From Botryllus schlosseri (lineage: Eukaryota), in NCBI GenBank assembly GCA_051294905.1, contig CM119372.1, forward strand, positions 6,264,001 through 6,324,000: a DNA stretch of 60,000 nt, in the 5' to 3' direction. The notes beneath the pieces are model-generated. The model was given only the letters and a program-made list of their open reading frames with translations, searched no databases and was not told where the DNA came from. The translations under genes were made by a program, and so were the position numbers. This document shows, piece after piece, positions 39,350-51,800 of the stretch. The stretch's first letter is position 1. Every line of letters starts with the position of its first letter.

Positions 39350-41738
39350 TTCTGGTTTGTTAGTTATTAATTTCACATTTTTCTTATTAGACAGGTCAAT
39401 GAAATCCCACGACAAGAACACCAATGTTTATACCAGGGGTCTTGGCCAATTTTCCGATTCGAAAATGTTCTATGGCTACTTATTTACTTATTCGTAGACT
39501 AGAGTCTCAGACCTGTTCAAAATACGGCAAGAGTTATTAACTTGTAATGTAATGGCCGCAACTTGTAATGGGTCTGAAGATCGCCAATAAACTGAGACGA
39601 GGGTAAACTGAAATGGACGGTTTTCATATCGACATCACATCAGTTCTCGTAGCATGACCGTGTGTGCCTGCAATCTGCATGCGTGATGCCTAAAATATCA
39701 TTCTATTAGCACGTTTCTTGCATACTTAATTTATGGCATTTCGCTATTCCACGCAAGTATAGCGGGGCACAGCAATCTAATCCCCGCATATATACTCGAA
39801 CTCCGTCCGCGTGACTGGGGTTTTAGTTCGACCATGATGGCGAATAACATAACTGTGAGAGCGAAACGATTTTGATCAGCATTAAAAAATTTTAACTTTC
39901 CTTTGGTGAATGGGATATGACAGAGAGAAATATATTCTATTAGGAAAGCTTTGCCGTTTATCTTGTGACGTTGCTATGCTAGAACATCCAATCCACTGAT
40001 ACAGTCAACGAATGCAATTCTTACATTTAAGGTATGAAATTTTCAAACCGTCTTCATATATTAATACGCTGTGCTAAATCCCCGACCTGTGGCGGTGGTG
40101 CCATCTATTTTTACCGGTAGTTGATGAAGGGGAATGTAAATGGCAAACGAGGCAAATATAGCTGAAGTTTCACTTTTAAATTCAATTTTCCCAATAGTTT
40201 TACGCCCTCGTCAAAATGCTTCGGTGACCCACCGGTTGACAACCCCTGGTCTTTATACTGTAGCTATTTGGTGAGATGATTGTCTTTTTGTGATGTTTAA
40301 AGTTACTGATGGCCCGAAAATCTTTTAAAATCGGACCAAATGGATATGAAATATCAGACAGGCTGTTTTCCAATTAGTTTTGGCAATTCTGATCAAAAAA
40401 ATTTCCTGATCCGAATTTTTACACTTTCACTGAAACTGCAACCATCGCTATCAAGTAGGAAACTAATATCGCCGAATATGAATATTTACTTTGAAAATCT
40501 TAGCAACAATAATTGGACAGAAGAATATATTAGAAGCGTGCACACTGCACAGCATGTAGGTGAGAAATACCTATTTCCGATATCGATATCGTAAAACATT
40601 TGGGAAAACGATTCATTTCCAATTCATTCAAGCGTTGCAGTGTGTTTACAAAAAGTCAAGATTACGAGCATTTTCACGAATATCCTAATGACTCACGAGT
40701 CCGGCATACAAGCTTTTATACTTCAGTGTAGTTTAATTTGAAGGTAAATCCATATAAGTGATATCAACGGATAAATTAATGACAGGAAGGGCGAAATGAT
40801 TAAATTTACTCATAAACATGTACAATTGTACGATTACGTTATAATTTTGATATACACAAGGCAGAATAAGGCTTACGCCATTACGGTTTGCGTGTACCAT
40901 CTCATCCGAATTATCCGAACGAATTTCAAACCATAATTTGACGAATACGCAACGCAGACTAAGGCTTACGCGACTATACTTTTCGTGATCCGACGCATCA
41001 GAATTATCCGAAAGATATTTTAACCATACTTTGGCGAATACACATCATTAAGCCAGACATTAAGCTATAGTGTATACGCGATGTAACCCCATTTTACATT
41101 ACTTTAGCTTTGTGCGTCAAAGGTCGTGAGATGATATTCCTGTCTAATCCTTGGTATCACCGTCATCACACAAATAAACAGTAAACAAACACTAACGTAT
41201 TGGCTGTAATTACAACAAGATCTTGATAAGCTGACAATCTCCCAGCACGTCGTGATATTCGACAATAAAAGTTTTCTCACTTCTAGGCGAAAGCTGTGTA
41301 AATCATATCCGTGCAGGCGCACACCAGACGAAGGCGAACACGAACATTATTCGCGAGTTCATATGTCAGGATAAGCTCTTTGGATTAGCATGATCATCGC
41401 TGTACAACTTCTTAATTAACATTGCATTAGCATACATTATATATTATGGACATTGCGAACGTTCGGTTCACGTTCGTGTGTGGAATGCGAAGCTTGATGA
41501 TTCAGAGATTTGCCTTGGCAAAAGTAGCTAGTGAACAGATGGTGAATACCAGTATCTTATCACATGATCAAAATTCTTTGGATATCAACGTTATATCATT
41601 CGCTGCATTACGGTTGACGGCAAGAAAGGAAATATATCGAAAAACTAAGAGTAATCTGGTGACGTAATAAATTCTACTGATTATTCTCAACCGGTAGACA
41701 GGCAGACTGCTGTGTCGATTGTATAGCTTGCTTAAAGG

Positions 41739-42256
41739 TAGGGTTGCATTCAAAACAAACGGCGTTTTGAAACACTTTGTTTAAAACATGTCTTTAAAAA
41801 AAATTCTTACAAACGTTGTCTCATCATGCCATAATTGTGCAAATACGTCCGTAAAACCATGTATTATAAGCTTACGGGCGATTTTCACCCAAAATAGTCG
41901 ACGTATACGATGTGGGGTGGCTGGAGCCCTCGAAATCGTCGTCGGCTCAACAGTTTTTGCACGCAGATATCGATCATTGGTACGGAATGGGTGTTCTGAT
42001 GATGATGATGACCGCCGACCGTAAAAATGCTGCATAACGATGTAGTCCTGGTTAAAGATATTTTGGTCTGTTCATGACAGTGATTGGAAGCCCTTTTCGT
42101 CGAAGGAGCCATATTTACTCTGCATTTTCAATTGTTCATGTCAATACATTGTGACGTCACAATTAGATATTCGTGACGTCGTGGCTAAAAAACAATAAAA
42201 AACATGTTTCAAACAATGGCCTTGTTTTAAACATGTTTGTTTTAAATGCAACCCTA
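41739..42256. mobile_element. hAT-like MITE
   Basis: TAGGGTTGCATTCAAAACAAAC..GTTTGTTTTAAATGCAACCCTA; TSD CTTAAAGG/CTTAAAGA. Confidence 0.82.
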
Positions 42257-42679
42257 CTTAAAGAGGAACCGCAAGAAAATTTGGTACACAAGATCGACTT
42301 ATAACAAAAATTAACGAATCCAAATTTGTGAGTGTGGCATAATAGGTGGTTCTATTATATTTACCCGTTCAATGCACACTATGTACGATGCAATGCAATG
42401 AACAGATAGGAGGATGTCAAAACAGCCAAGTACGGTCTCACGATCTGTCATCGCCCTCAGTCTAATGCCAGCTTACGATCTATATCTTTTGGATTTTAGG
42501 CTTCCTCGCTCCTTTGTTCTCTTCTTGGATTGGTCCTTAATCGAGTCTTTCTCTAGGCTTGTTATTGCAAAGACGCTGTGAGCGCAGCGAAGTAGTGGAG
42601 GAGAATCTCAGACAAACGGACGACGCTACGGAACTTGGCATTGCCAAGAATCAAACCCGGGGATCCATACCGCCTATAT

Positions 42680-44001
42680 CAGGGGTTCTCAACTTCCCTT
42701 GTATAACGGGCCGCATTTTAACAGCAAAAAACGCTGCGGGCCGCAGAACATTATTACCATGTATTTGTGGGCTATTATTAAATTTAGGCTACTGTAGCCT
42801 ATTTATGAGTCGTATACGGGCATTTAGTACCTTTTTATGCATTCTAAGGCAATAATGGACAGTGTTCGTATATTTGCGGCTGCTGTTTTTCGGGAGAATA
42901 TGTTTATCCCAGCCGCACCAGTAATGGAGCGTGCAATGCATTCGTTGCCAATTCGGTATATGCACCTTTAAACTAACCCGTCCACCAGATAACCGAACTG
43001 TATGTGTATGCGTATGTAATGCGTGAGCGAGAAAGTTTAAAATTACCAATCAACCCTTCTCCTTTCCTTCCATGGATGGAGCCGTGCACCAACAGTTACA
43101 GAAGTCAGCTTGGTCAAGATGATGATTTACGCTGGTCCCCTCCCCTCGTTTGCCCTGGGAGTATTTCCTCTGCAAATATGTCCACTGTGATAAAATGCAC
43201 CCAGATAATTACCTATGCAATGTCTGTGGATTCAGTCGATTTGTCCAATGCTAGGTGGCTAAAGTGAGTCTATACGCGGCAAAGTGTTTCAGAACATGTG
43301 GTGAAAGAGCGACTGACATTGCTGTTACTCTTCTGGTCACGGTTGAATCAGATAACTGTTACTTCGTAATTTGTCAGGTGATGTTGTCCTTGCTGCTGAG
43401 ATTCGGGAATAGTGAATAGGAGCACAGCATGTTAAAGTTTTATTGAAATGACCCCTTCTCTTGCATATTTCTTGGGTTTTGCGATACACCAAGCCATTTC
43501 GAACGATGCGTATGTAACATCGTCGGCAGTTTTAACAACGCCGGTGAATATGGATTTCCGGCTTGACACCTAGGTCGTAACGTTTTCCAATATCGGGTGA
43601 TATAAATAACTATACAGATGAAACTGTCGTGGCATCATTTTAAGCTTCTACGCTTCGTTGCGACACATCGGTTTTTCATTAATATCTGAGAAAGCAAACC
43701 CAGTTTTCGCTGTATAATTTCCCGTTCCTTGTTCTTGTTTCTGTTCAAACCATTCGCGATGAGTGAAACACTCTTTAAAAATGCACTACACTACAGCGGG
43801 AATCTCTTGGAACAAGAGTCCAGCTGAATACCGATTTAAAACAATAACAAATCAACTCAAGCATATATCAAGAAACTACAACACAACAAAGAATGAGTAG
43901 TCAATTACAATTACAAATAAAATTAATGTGTAACAATATAGTGCCAGTAGTAATTGCATTCATATTTAAAGACGTCGCGGGCCGCGGGTTGAGAACCCCT
44001 G
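42680..44001 (-). mobile_element. hAT (Charlie-type) deletion derivative with transposase remnant
   Basis: CAGGGGTTCTCAAC..GTTGAGAACCCCTG; TSD GCCTATAT/GGCTATAT; minus-strand FSHLALDKSTESTDIA resembles FSLALDESTD at ~43190-43270. Confidence 0.8.
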
Positions 44002-45881
44002 GGCTATATGGTGGTGGTACACTAACTCTCCCACATATAATAGCGTTTGGGATGGTGATAACTAAACAAAGGGCCATCACCCGGACAATTGCGCCGTGAT
44101 GGTGAGGCTTGGTCGGAGATGTCGACCTTTTTTCTAGTCATCCCCATCAGAACACGGACTGAACAGTGACGTCACGCAAGTTGATGACCTTTTTCTCTTT
44201 CTTTGTGTGGTCAAAATTTTGACAAATATTCGGCATCTGCGGTCATTGCACGCTGGACCGATATTGCTTATTATGATTCCTAAGATGCCAACTTATAGTA
44301 CGGCCTATTGAACCCGGTTGATACCGATCAGGAAGCCGGACGCATCATCTTATCGCTATGTACTGGTATCTCCCAGCACTGTCCCCTCGACTATCTCATC
44401 TCGTGGATAGCTTATTGTGATCATACATAACATACAATTGCTTGTTGAGTTTATGCAATATATCTGTATAATGTTGACTCAGATAGGTGTGTGTATACAT
44501 ACGTCTTTTCGAATATTCTAATTGAGCTATATTTGTCTGAATTTTCGTACCTTGATTCACATTTGCTAACATCACGTTCTGCTTTTTGAGAGCTACACAA
44601 TTTAAAGGCGATCATTTTTCAACCATAGCGAACACGATGAAATCGTGTCATTCCTACATCTTTGTTGATATGATGGAATATTCCTGGAATCAAACGCAAA
44701 ATGTCAAAGCATTCAGCTAAACAGAAACGTAATAAAATAACTTATTATCAGCTTTCATTGTTTCTGAATGTACCAATCAATCGATCACGTTGGTTGGGTG
44801 AGATTTAATTAGCTTCCGTAGTAGACAGACGTGTGACACGCAAAAATATCACAATGTCATCTTATAAGGGATATTTTGATTACGTGGCCCGCGCTCAACG
44901 ATTTCACATTTTACAGTATCGAAACGATCGGAATCTGTAATCTATCAAATCATGCTGAGGTCCTTTCCAAAACGATTAGCGACAGCTAAAAATTACATCG
45001 ACGATATGCATTACTATGTATACAGTCCAATGTTCTGTCGCCTCGTGAAAAATGCTTCATATCGGCGGCTCCCAAAGGATGGGTCGCGAAGGGGATAATT
45101 GCGGGTCGCGACAGCGGTAATTATAGTACCATGTTTTCAAATGCCGTACCGGACGAAAGGTTTGTTTTCTTAGACAGATTTTACCAAGTTTCTGCGGTTC
45201 GAACATTGCTTTGCTCGATCCCAGATATCTGTCATTGCGTACATCGTCGAGTCCTCCACGACTGTGCCAATTTCAGTTATTTAGATGTCCTTGAGCATAC
45301 AAATTTCCCGCGAGCTTTGTGATATTAATGTGGCTAGATTTGGATTTCATGTACACGCGATACAATATGCCTATGTAACGATACTCATCCAGACATCCGG
45401 CCATTGCATTATTGCTATTGCTGATACAAATATCGAAGCAATTGTCTTGATTTTGGGGTTTCCCGTCGAACGACGGAAAGGCAATATGGCACATTTCGCA
45501 TGTCATACCAAAAGACTCGGAATTCATGCAGATGCAAGTTCTGCATACACGTAAGGTAAGTGCTGATATTGTTGTCAGTATTGAAGGGTATGTGTAGAAC
45601 ACACATCATCAAAGTCAGCTTGTGCTTTTGGTAAATCAAAGATCGAGCGTTAGGTGATCAAGTAGATTCATATGAAACTATGTATCGCGAATAAAACATC
45701 ACCACATTATCTGAGTTTCCATTAGATGCAACAATTTCAATAGCAATGCTTGCGACAAATTCGCATGATCGTGATCCTCGTCTGGATATGTATTGTGGCA
45801 CGTGGATCATAACGATTATTTCTTTTAGAGATTGGATTTATTCTGAGCGCGGATTTCCACTCCGCATAAATACCAAGACAC

Positions 45882-48800
45882 ATGAGAGCATGCCCTCACT
45901 TCAAGAAAATATTTACCGACTTCAGCGACGATGTTGCGCGGTTTATTTCGAATCTGCATAGTCGGTAAGCGATGAAGTTCGCGTTTCATCGTATAGTTGG
46001 GAAGAAAATCATATCATTTCGCAGCTAAAGTGGTGTCGTTTGCATCCATGACGTGCATTCATAGATGCGAAAGGAACATTCATTTGTCGACACCGTTTTC
46101 CTGCAATAATTACGTTGGCGATGGCTCGCAAATGTGTTACAAGACCTGTCGAGACGTTGCGGTACTTAACGAGACGATTTCAAGCATTTACTATGGGAGG
46201 GTGAGTTTACAATGCAATATTTGTCAGGTTGTCAGTTGTCAGATCACGTCCTATGTAACATATTTGTATATGTAGTCCAGGGGTGTCAAACCCAAATTGC
46301 GTCGCGGGCCGAATTAAAGGAAAGGACGTAGTTTATTTTTGTCCTTGATGTTTTTTTGCGGCATATACACCGACTCATGATACACAATAAACACAATCTG
46401 TGCATATGCATACCATGAGGGCATCATGTGCATATGCCACTGGACAAGGAAGTGCAGATATAGCCTTGTACAGCTTTCTAAGTCTTTTCAAGCCTTGAAA
46501 TCGCTCCCGGGCCGGACCAGTCAACTGATTCCAAAATATCACCTCCTGCCATTGCTTCTCACTTGTATACTTTAATACAGGGCCGGCCAACCCGTGGCCC
46601 GCGGGTCACATGTGGCCCGCGAGAAGGTTTTGAGTGACCCGGGAGGTAATTTCCGAAATTAGTAATATTATCAAAATTGGATTGCACAGATTGTGAACTT
46701 GCAACGCCAACTAAAAATTTGATTAGTCTGGCCGCAACACTAGAGATGTGATGACTAAAATATCGGTTCCGACGCATTGGCAGATCCATGAGCCAGTCAC
46801 ATTTTGGTAGATCTTCGTTCACTACAATAAAGCAGAATAATTTGCGATAGATTTATCAAAAGTAAAAATTGTCTACACGCTTCGCGCAATATGTTGTCAC
46901 TCGATTTCTTGCTTTTAAAATTGTTACCCCTTTCTGAAAATGAAAGAACGCCCAATGTATCAGATTGAGTCTAACTTTCTTCGCGATTACGAGACAAAGT
47001 GTCGTTCAACATATGCGACCCAGCGTTTGCGCTCGCAAAAAGACCGTCGTCAGGCACAAAATGATTGACGCATGTTGGTCGAAGCTTTCGATATCGATAT
47101 GTTCAGGCGCCGAAAAGTCTATTCCCTGCAAACTGAGCGCAGCGATATACAGCAGGCCCGCAATATAGTCAAGTGACAATATTATTGACCTATGAACTTC
47201 AAAACATTTTCGCGCTTCGCGGGGCTAGTGACCCGGGCAATAGTTCGTCAATCAAATGTGGCCCTTTGGCTGAAAAGGTTGGCCCCCCTGCTTTAATATA
47301 TCAAGCATAAAATGATACTTCACGGCTCATAACGGTGGTTTTATTCTAGCAAGTCACAACACCATTATTCGCAAAACATGCAATCGGCTAAAATAATATA
47401 GTTACGAACCGCTAAAACAGTGGGGCTAACGACGAAATAAGTTGGCATATTTCCATGCTCCCCTTGCTTTAGTCGTAATCTGGCGTTAGTCCTACGCATG
47501 CGCTGTGATGAATACAATACATTCAACTGTAAACGTTGGAATTTGGCTTATTAATAATAATCCGCGAGTCGCGTTTCTCTAAGTTCGGGGAAGTATTGGG
47601 TCAGAAGTGACACAGCGATGCGACCATAGATATTTGAATTGTAATTTTTTGTAACTAATATATTCTCCATGTAGCTCATTGATGTAAACTGCATATAACG
47701 GTTCCGCATTGGCGCTTTCGCTTCTATAAATAACCACTTTTCGGTCCATTTTTACACATAACTCTAAACTCAGTGTGCTCTTTCTCCTTCTGGAAACAAT
47801 GTCACTGACTTGTTCCGAATGGTTTCCAATGTGAAACCACAATGCCGCAGTCGGGTGGTTATAACGTGGCCTATGAACATGCTGGACATTTTCTGTATTG
47901 ACTGATTATCTAATGGGATTATTCTCTGTAAAAAATCTCCCAATTTGTTACAAATGTGATGGATAATATAAGCCTTTTTCAATCCATGCAAAATAGCTTC
48001 GCGAGCCGGATGCGGCCCGTGGGCCGTATGTTTGACACCCCTGAATTGTAATCAATCTTTCGGGATCCGTTGTTGTTTAAATTGCAATGCGATATTTTTT
48101 GCAGTTCAAGTCGTCACCTTTGATAACGGGATCAAGGGATCTCACTAGCTCCGACGAATTTATGGTAAGTGTACTACCTACTAAACTGCCTTATAGGGGG
48201 GAGAAGACTGTATATCTTTAAGTCGGGTTGATGATATGCAAGTAACACAATCCAAGCAGTTTATAAAATGGCATCACTCCGATTCCCGTTCATGATCAAT
48301 ATACGAACCTTTGAAATTTAACAGCATGTCTTCACAATATAACTTTGCTACATTTGTTCGTCACTCCGACGCTTTTTGAAAATCAGCATAATATCGGAAG
48401 AGTCAATATCGATATAAGGTGAAGCAGGGCCTACTATATATAGTAGGCCCTGGGTGAAGTTATGTATTTTTAACTACTGAAATTTTTCACTTTTGTAAAT
48501 ATGTCATCAAACATTGGCTTTTTGCATCCCTATATTCAGATATGATGTTCTGCATGACTAAAGGCCTAGCCAGACAGGACGCCTACAGCCGAAAGAGTAG
48601 CGATTTGAGCGTAAAGCCTAATTCGTTTGAGACGCCATAAGTTCGCTTTATATTTAATTTGATTCCCTGAGGTGGAGTAAGACCCATAGCCCAGGGTTGT
48701 AATGACTCGAGTCATGACTCGACTCGAGTCTGCACTAATTTTAGATGACTCGTCTTGACTCGAGTCATTTTATCAAAATAAGGAAATGACTCGAGTGTGT

Positions 48801-51800
48801 ATTGACTCGACTTGGACTCGAGTCATTGCGCATGACTCGAACCAAGTCATATGACTCGAGACTCAGACGGCAAAGACCGACATTTCATTGTAATTTCGAA
48901 TAATAGTAAAGTTACCACATTATTGGGATTTCGTCAATTGGTACTGGTAGTTGCAAATCCGCTCAGAATCTGCTAGAAGTGAGTGAAATTAGTATATTAT
49001 AAATGTCATTAGATATCACCAAACAGAGTTATAAAAGTGGGTTTAACAAGACTTATTCTGGAAATTGAGCAGTCAACACAATAACTTGGACTCGGACTCG
49101 AGTCATAATACCATGACTCGGACTCGGCCATCTGCACGCTGACTTGGTCTCGGACTTGACTCGGTGGTGAATTGAAAATGACTCGACTTGACTCGAGTCA
49201 AAACCATAGAAGTGAGATTGACTTGTGACTCGGAGCCTTGTGACTTGGTTACAACCCTATAGGCCAAACTATTTTAGCATGGATTAATTCACACCATCAT
49301 TAGACATTGAGTATAACATACAGCTGGCGTATTTACTTCCAACGCATATCAGCCAGCCATACACAATGTTCCCCAAGGAAACTAAACCGGATACGATTCA
49401 TGACGTAGCACTCTGGGCATTTGTTGGCACGATCCACAGGTGCAGGGCTCAGCCCGGACAAGGATGACGATGTAGTCCTGTGTCCCCTACCAGGAGAATA
49501 TGGCATTGACATTGTGATCTTCCAACTAGTATGTCAAATACTCTAACTCTGGTGGAGATCACGATGGCGCAAGACAACTTCCAATCTCAGTTCCTTGTCG
49601 CACGGTGGCGATCCTGAGTTAGTGGCTCAAATAAATTTTGGGCTTATACAACACAATACAATATCATCGATTGTCATTTACATTCATATTTTCATTTCCC
49701 CAAGACACGATGCGATGTAATAAATGTTTATAGGATGATGCCGAAACGATCAATTGTAGTCCGTCAACATAACACTCTCATTGGCGTACTTGTGCAGAGT
49801 AAGTCAATGCCTGACATAACAGAGTGGATGATCTTCACGATTGCTGTCCTCTGCTGTCTGCTGCTCGCTTTCTCGTTCGTTTAGTTAAGTTCATCTTCTG
49901 TGTAATGACACCGTCAGAACAGCAACGCAGGGACGAAGGAGCTAGATGAACCTGCGATGTTTCTAAACTTGGTAGAGCCGAGACTCGAACCGCGGACTTT
50001 CGTGCCGTTAGAGCTAAATTAACGAACTGCACAAAATTTCTCCTCCCGAGAATACATATAGATTAAATATATTTCACATCTGTACCTGGCATGCATTACT
50101 ATATTTTACTATATCTTCTTTTGTAGTAATTGGATCCCACTTTCTAAAACACCATTTGTTCTTGCATTTACGGGACAACAGCGACCCTCTTCATGTTGTT
50201 ATATTCGTGGTACATTAATCATTTTACACCAGGACGATATTCTGTATCGTGCAGATTTGGCGTGTAGCCTGAACTGTGTGACGTACGAAATCACTAATTT
50301 TAAGATGAATAGGCGATATGTGCGATATCTATGGGACTTGAGAATATATTGTCAAAACCCGCACCGACATTCAAATTGATTACCACGATACGCATCTGGG
50401 CTACCTCGGAACTCAACTGGCAAATGCCATTTTCTTTATATCGCATCGATTCCCAACTAAATTGTGATAGGTTTTTTTATCTTTTACAGGACACCTTGAC
50501 TAGACGAGGGTTCTCCATCGTTGACGCGATCAACTTTTTCATCGAACGTCTTGATACAGCCATGAAAGATGTAACTTTCGTGCCTTTATTGAAAGAGAAC
50601 TACAATAAAACCAAAAGTATCCTGAAGGATATCAGAGTACGTACATTCAACATAATACTGCGTCTGCAATGCATATACATTTATAACAAACGTAGCTTAG
50701 GACTGGGATCAGTATATTGTGCCCCGTTTCATTCCACACGCACGATAAAGATATCACCCGGTAAATACTGTTGCTACCAATGGATTGCGCTGAATGACTT
50801 CCACACTCAATACTCATATGTCACGAGGGATTACCACACGAAACCCGATTACTCCAATTGCAACCATAAGTTAGCCATCAGATTATGGTGTCGTTTAGGG
50901 ATGGACAACGGCGTGGAAAAAGTGCAAAGTTCAAATATGTACCATTGTACCTTTTATGCGGCAAGAAGCGTATAATTTCAGCACTCAGAAAATATCGTCT
51001 CTCACTAGCCTACTCAAATCGTTAGAATTACTAAAGACGATTCAGCATCATTCTGCCCTAGTCGTATTATTGCTGCACTGCGGTGGAATAATTCACCTGA
51101 TCACAATCTTCTCCAATGAAACATGAAGCCTTCGTTAAACTGACATGCATACGGTCGGTATATCTCTACGACCGATCGACCATCCCTAAATATTACTTCT
51201 TTAGGGTTAATATATTGTATTATATCTGCATCACATGTCGTGTGTAAGTTTTGATAAATATTGGTAATCGCGTCAACACGACATCTATCTCACTATACAG
51301 ATTCGTGCCGTAGGATACGCTTTTGCACCATCTTCCAATTAGGCCCGCTTTGGTTACGGACCTTTGTCGGTTAAAGATTTCTCAAATGCTCATATATGCT
51401 GATTACGAGCCCGCTGGTTATGGAGTGGTGCGTTCGACTCCTGCAAAACCATTAAGTTATAAGTTCGAGTCAGGCCGCCGTCGACTTCGGAGTAATCCTT
51501 TCCTAAGTGTTGGAGTTGAAGGTGTACCTAGTAGGGCGGAGCATGGACCGGGGCCGGATTGGATATCAGGCCGGATTTTCTCATTTTTGTACGCAGCCGG
51601 TTCGGAGCCGGATCGGTACTTTTTCTTATTCGGCCGGAGTCGGATCGGAGCCGGAACAGTACTTTTTACTAAGAAGAGGACAGCCTTACCCTCTTCCACC
51701 CTCGAATCAATAGTTAAAGTGAAACGCTCATGGAAAAAAACCACATGCTGAATCTCAGTTGGCATAATTACTTCATATAAGGGTTGAGCTTGATCTTTGA

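Noticed and set aside
45882..50636. KIT-ligand/CSF1/FLT3L (short-chain cytokine) assignment, prompted by TDFSDDVARFISNL resembling SCF TNNVKDVTKLVANL
   Set aside because: Two further exons add a CD loop and an IL-6-like helix D, and there is no TM segment. A long-chain topology fits better, though only structure prediction can settle it.
50331..50975. 214-aa ORF as a standalone gene
   Set aside because: Only 50490-50636 is bounded by splice sites; the flanks read as intron.
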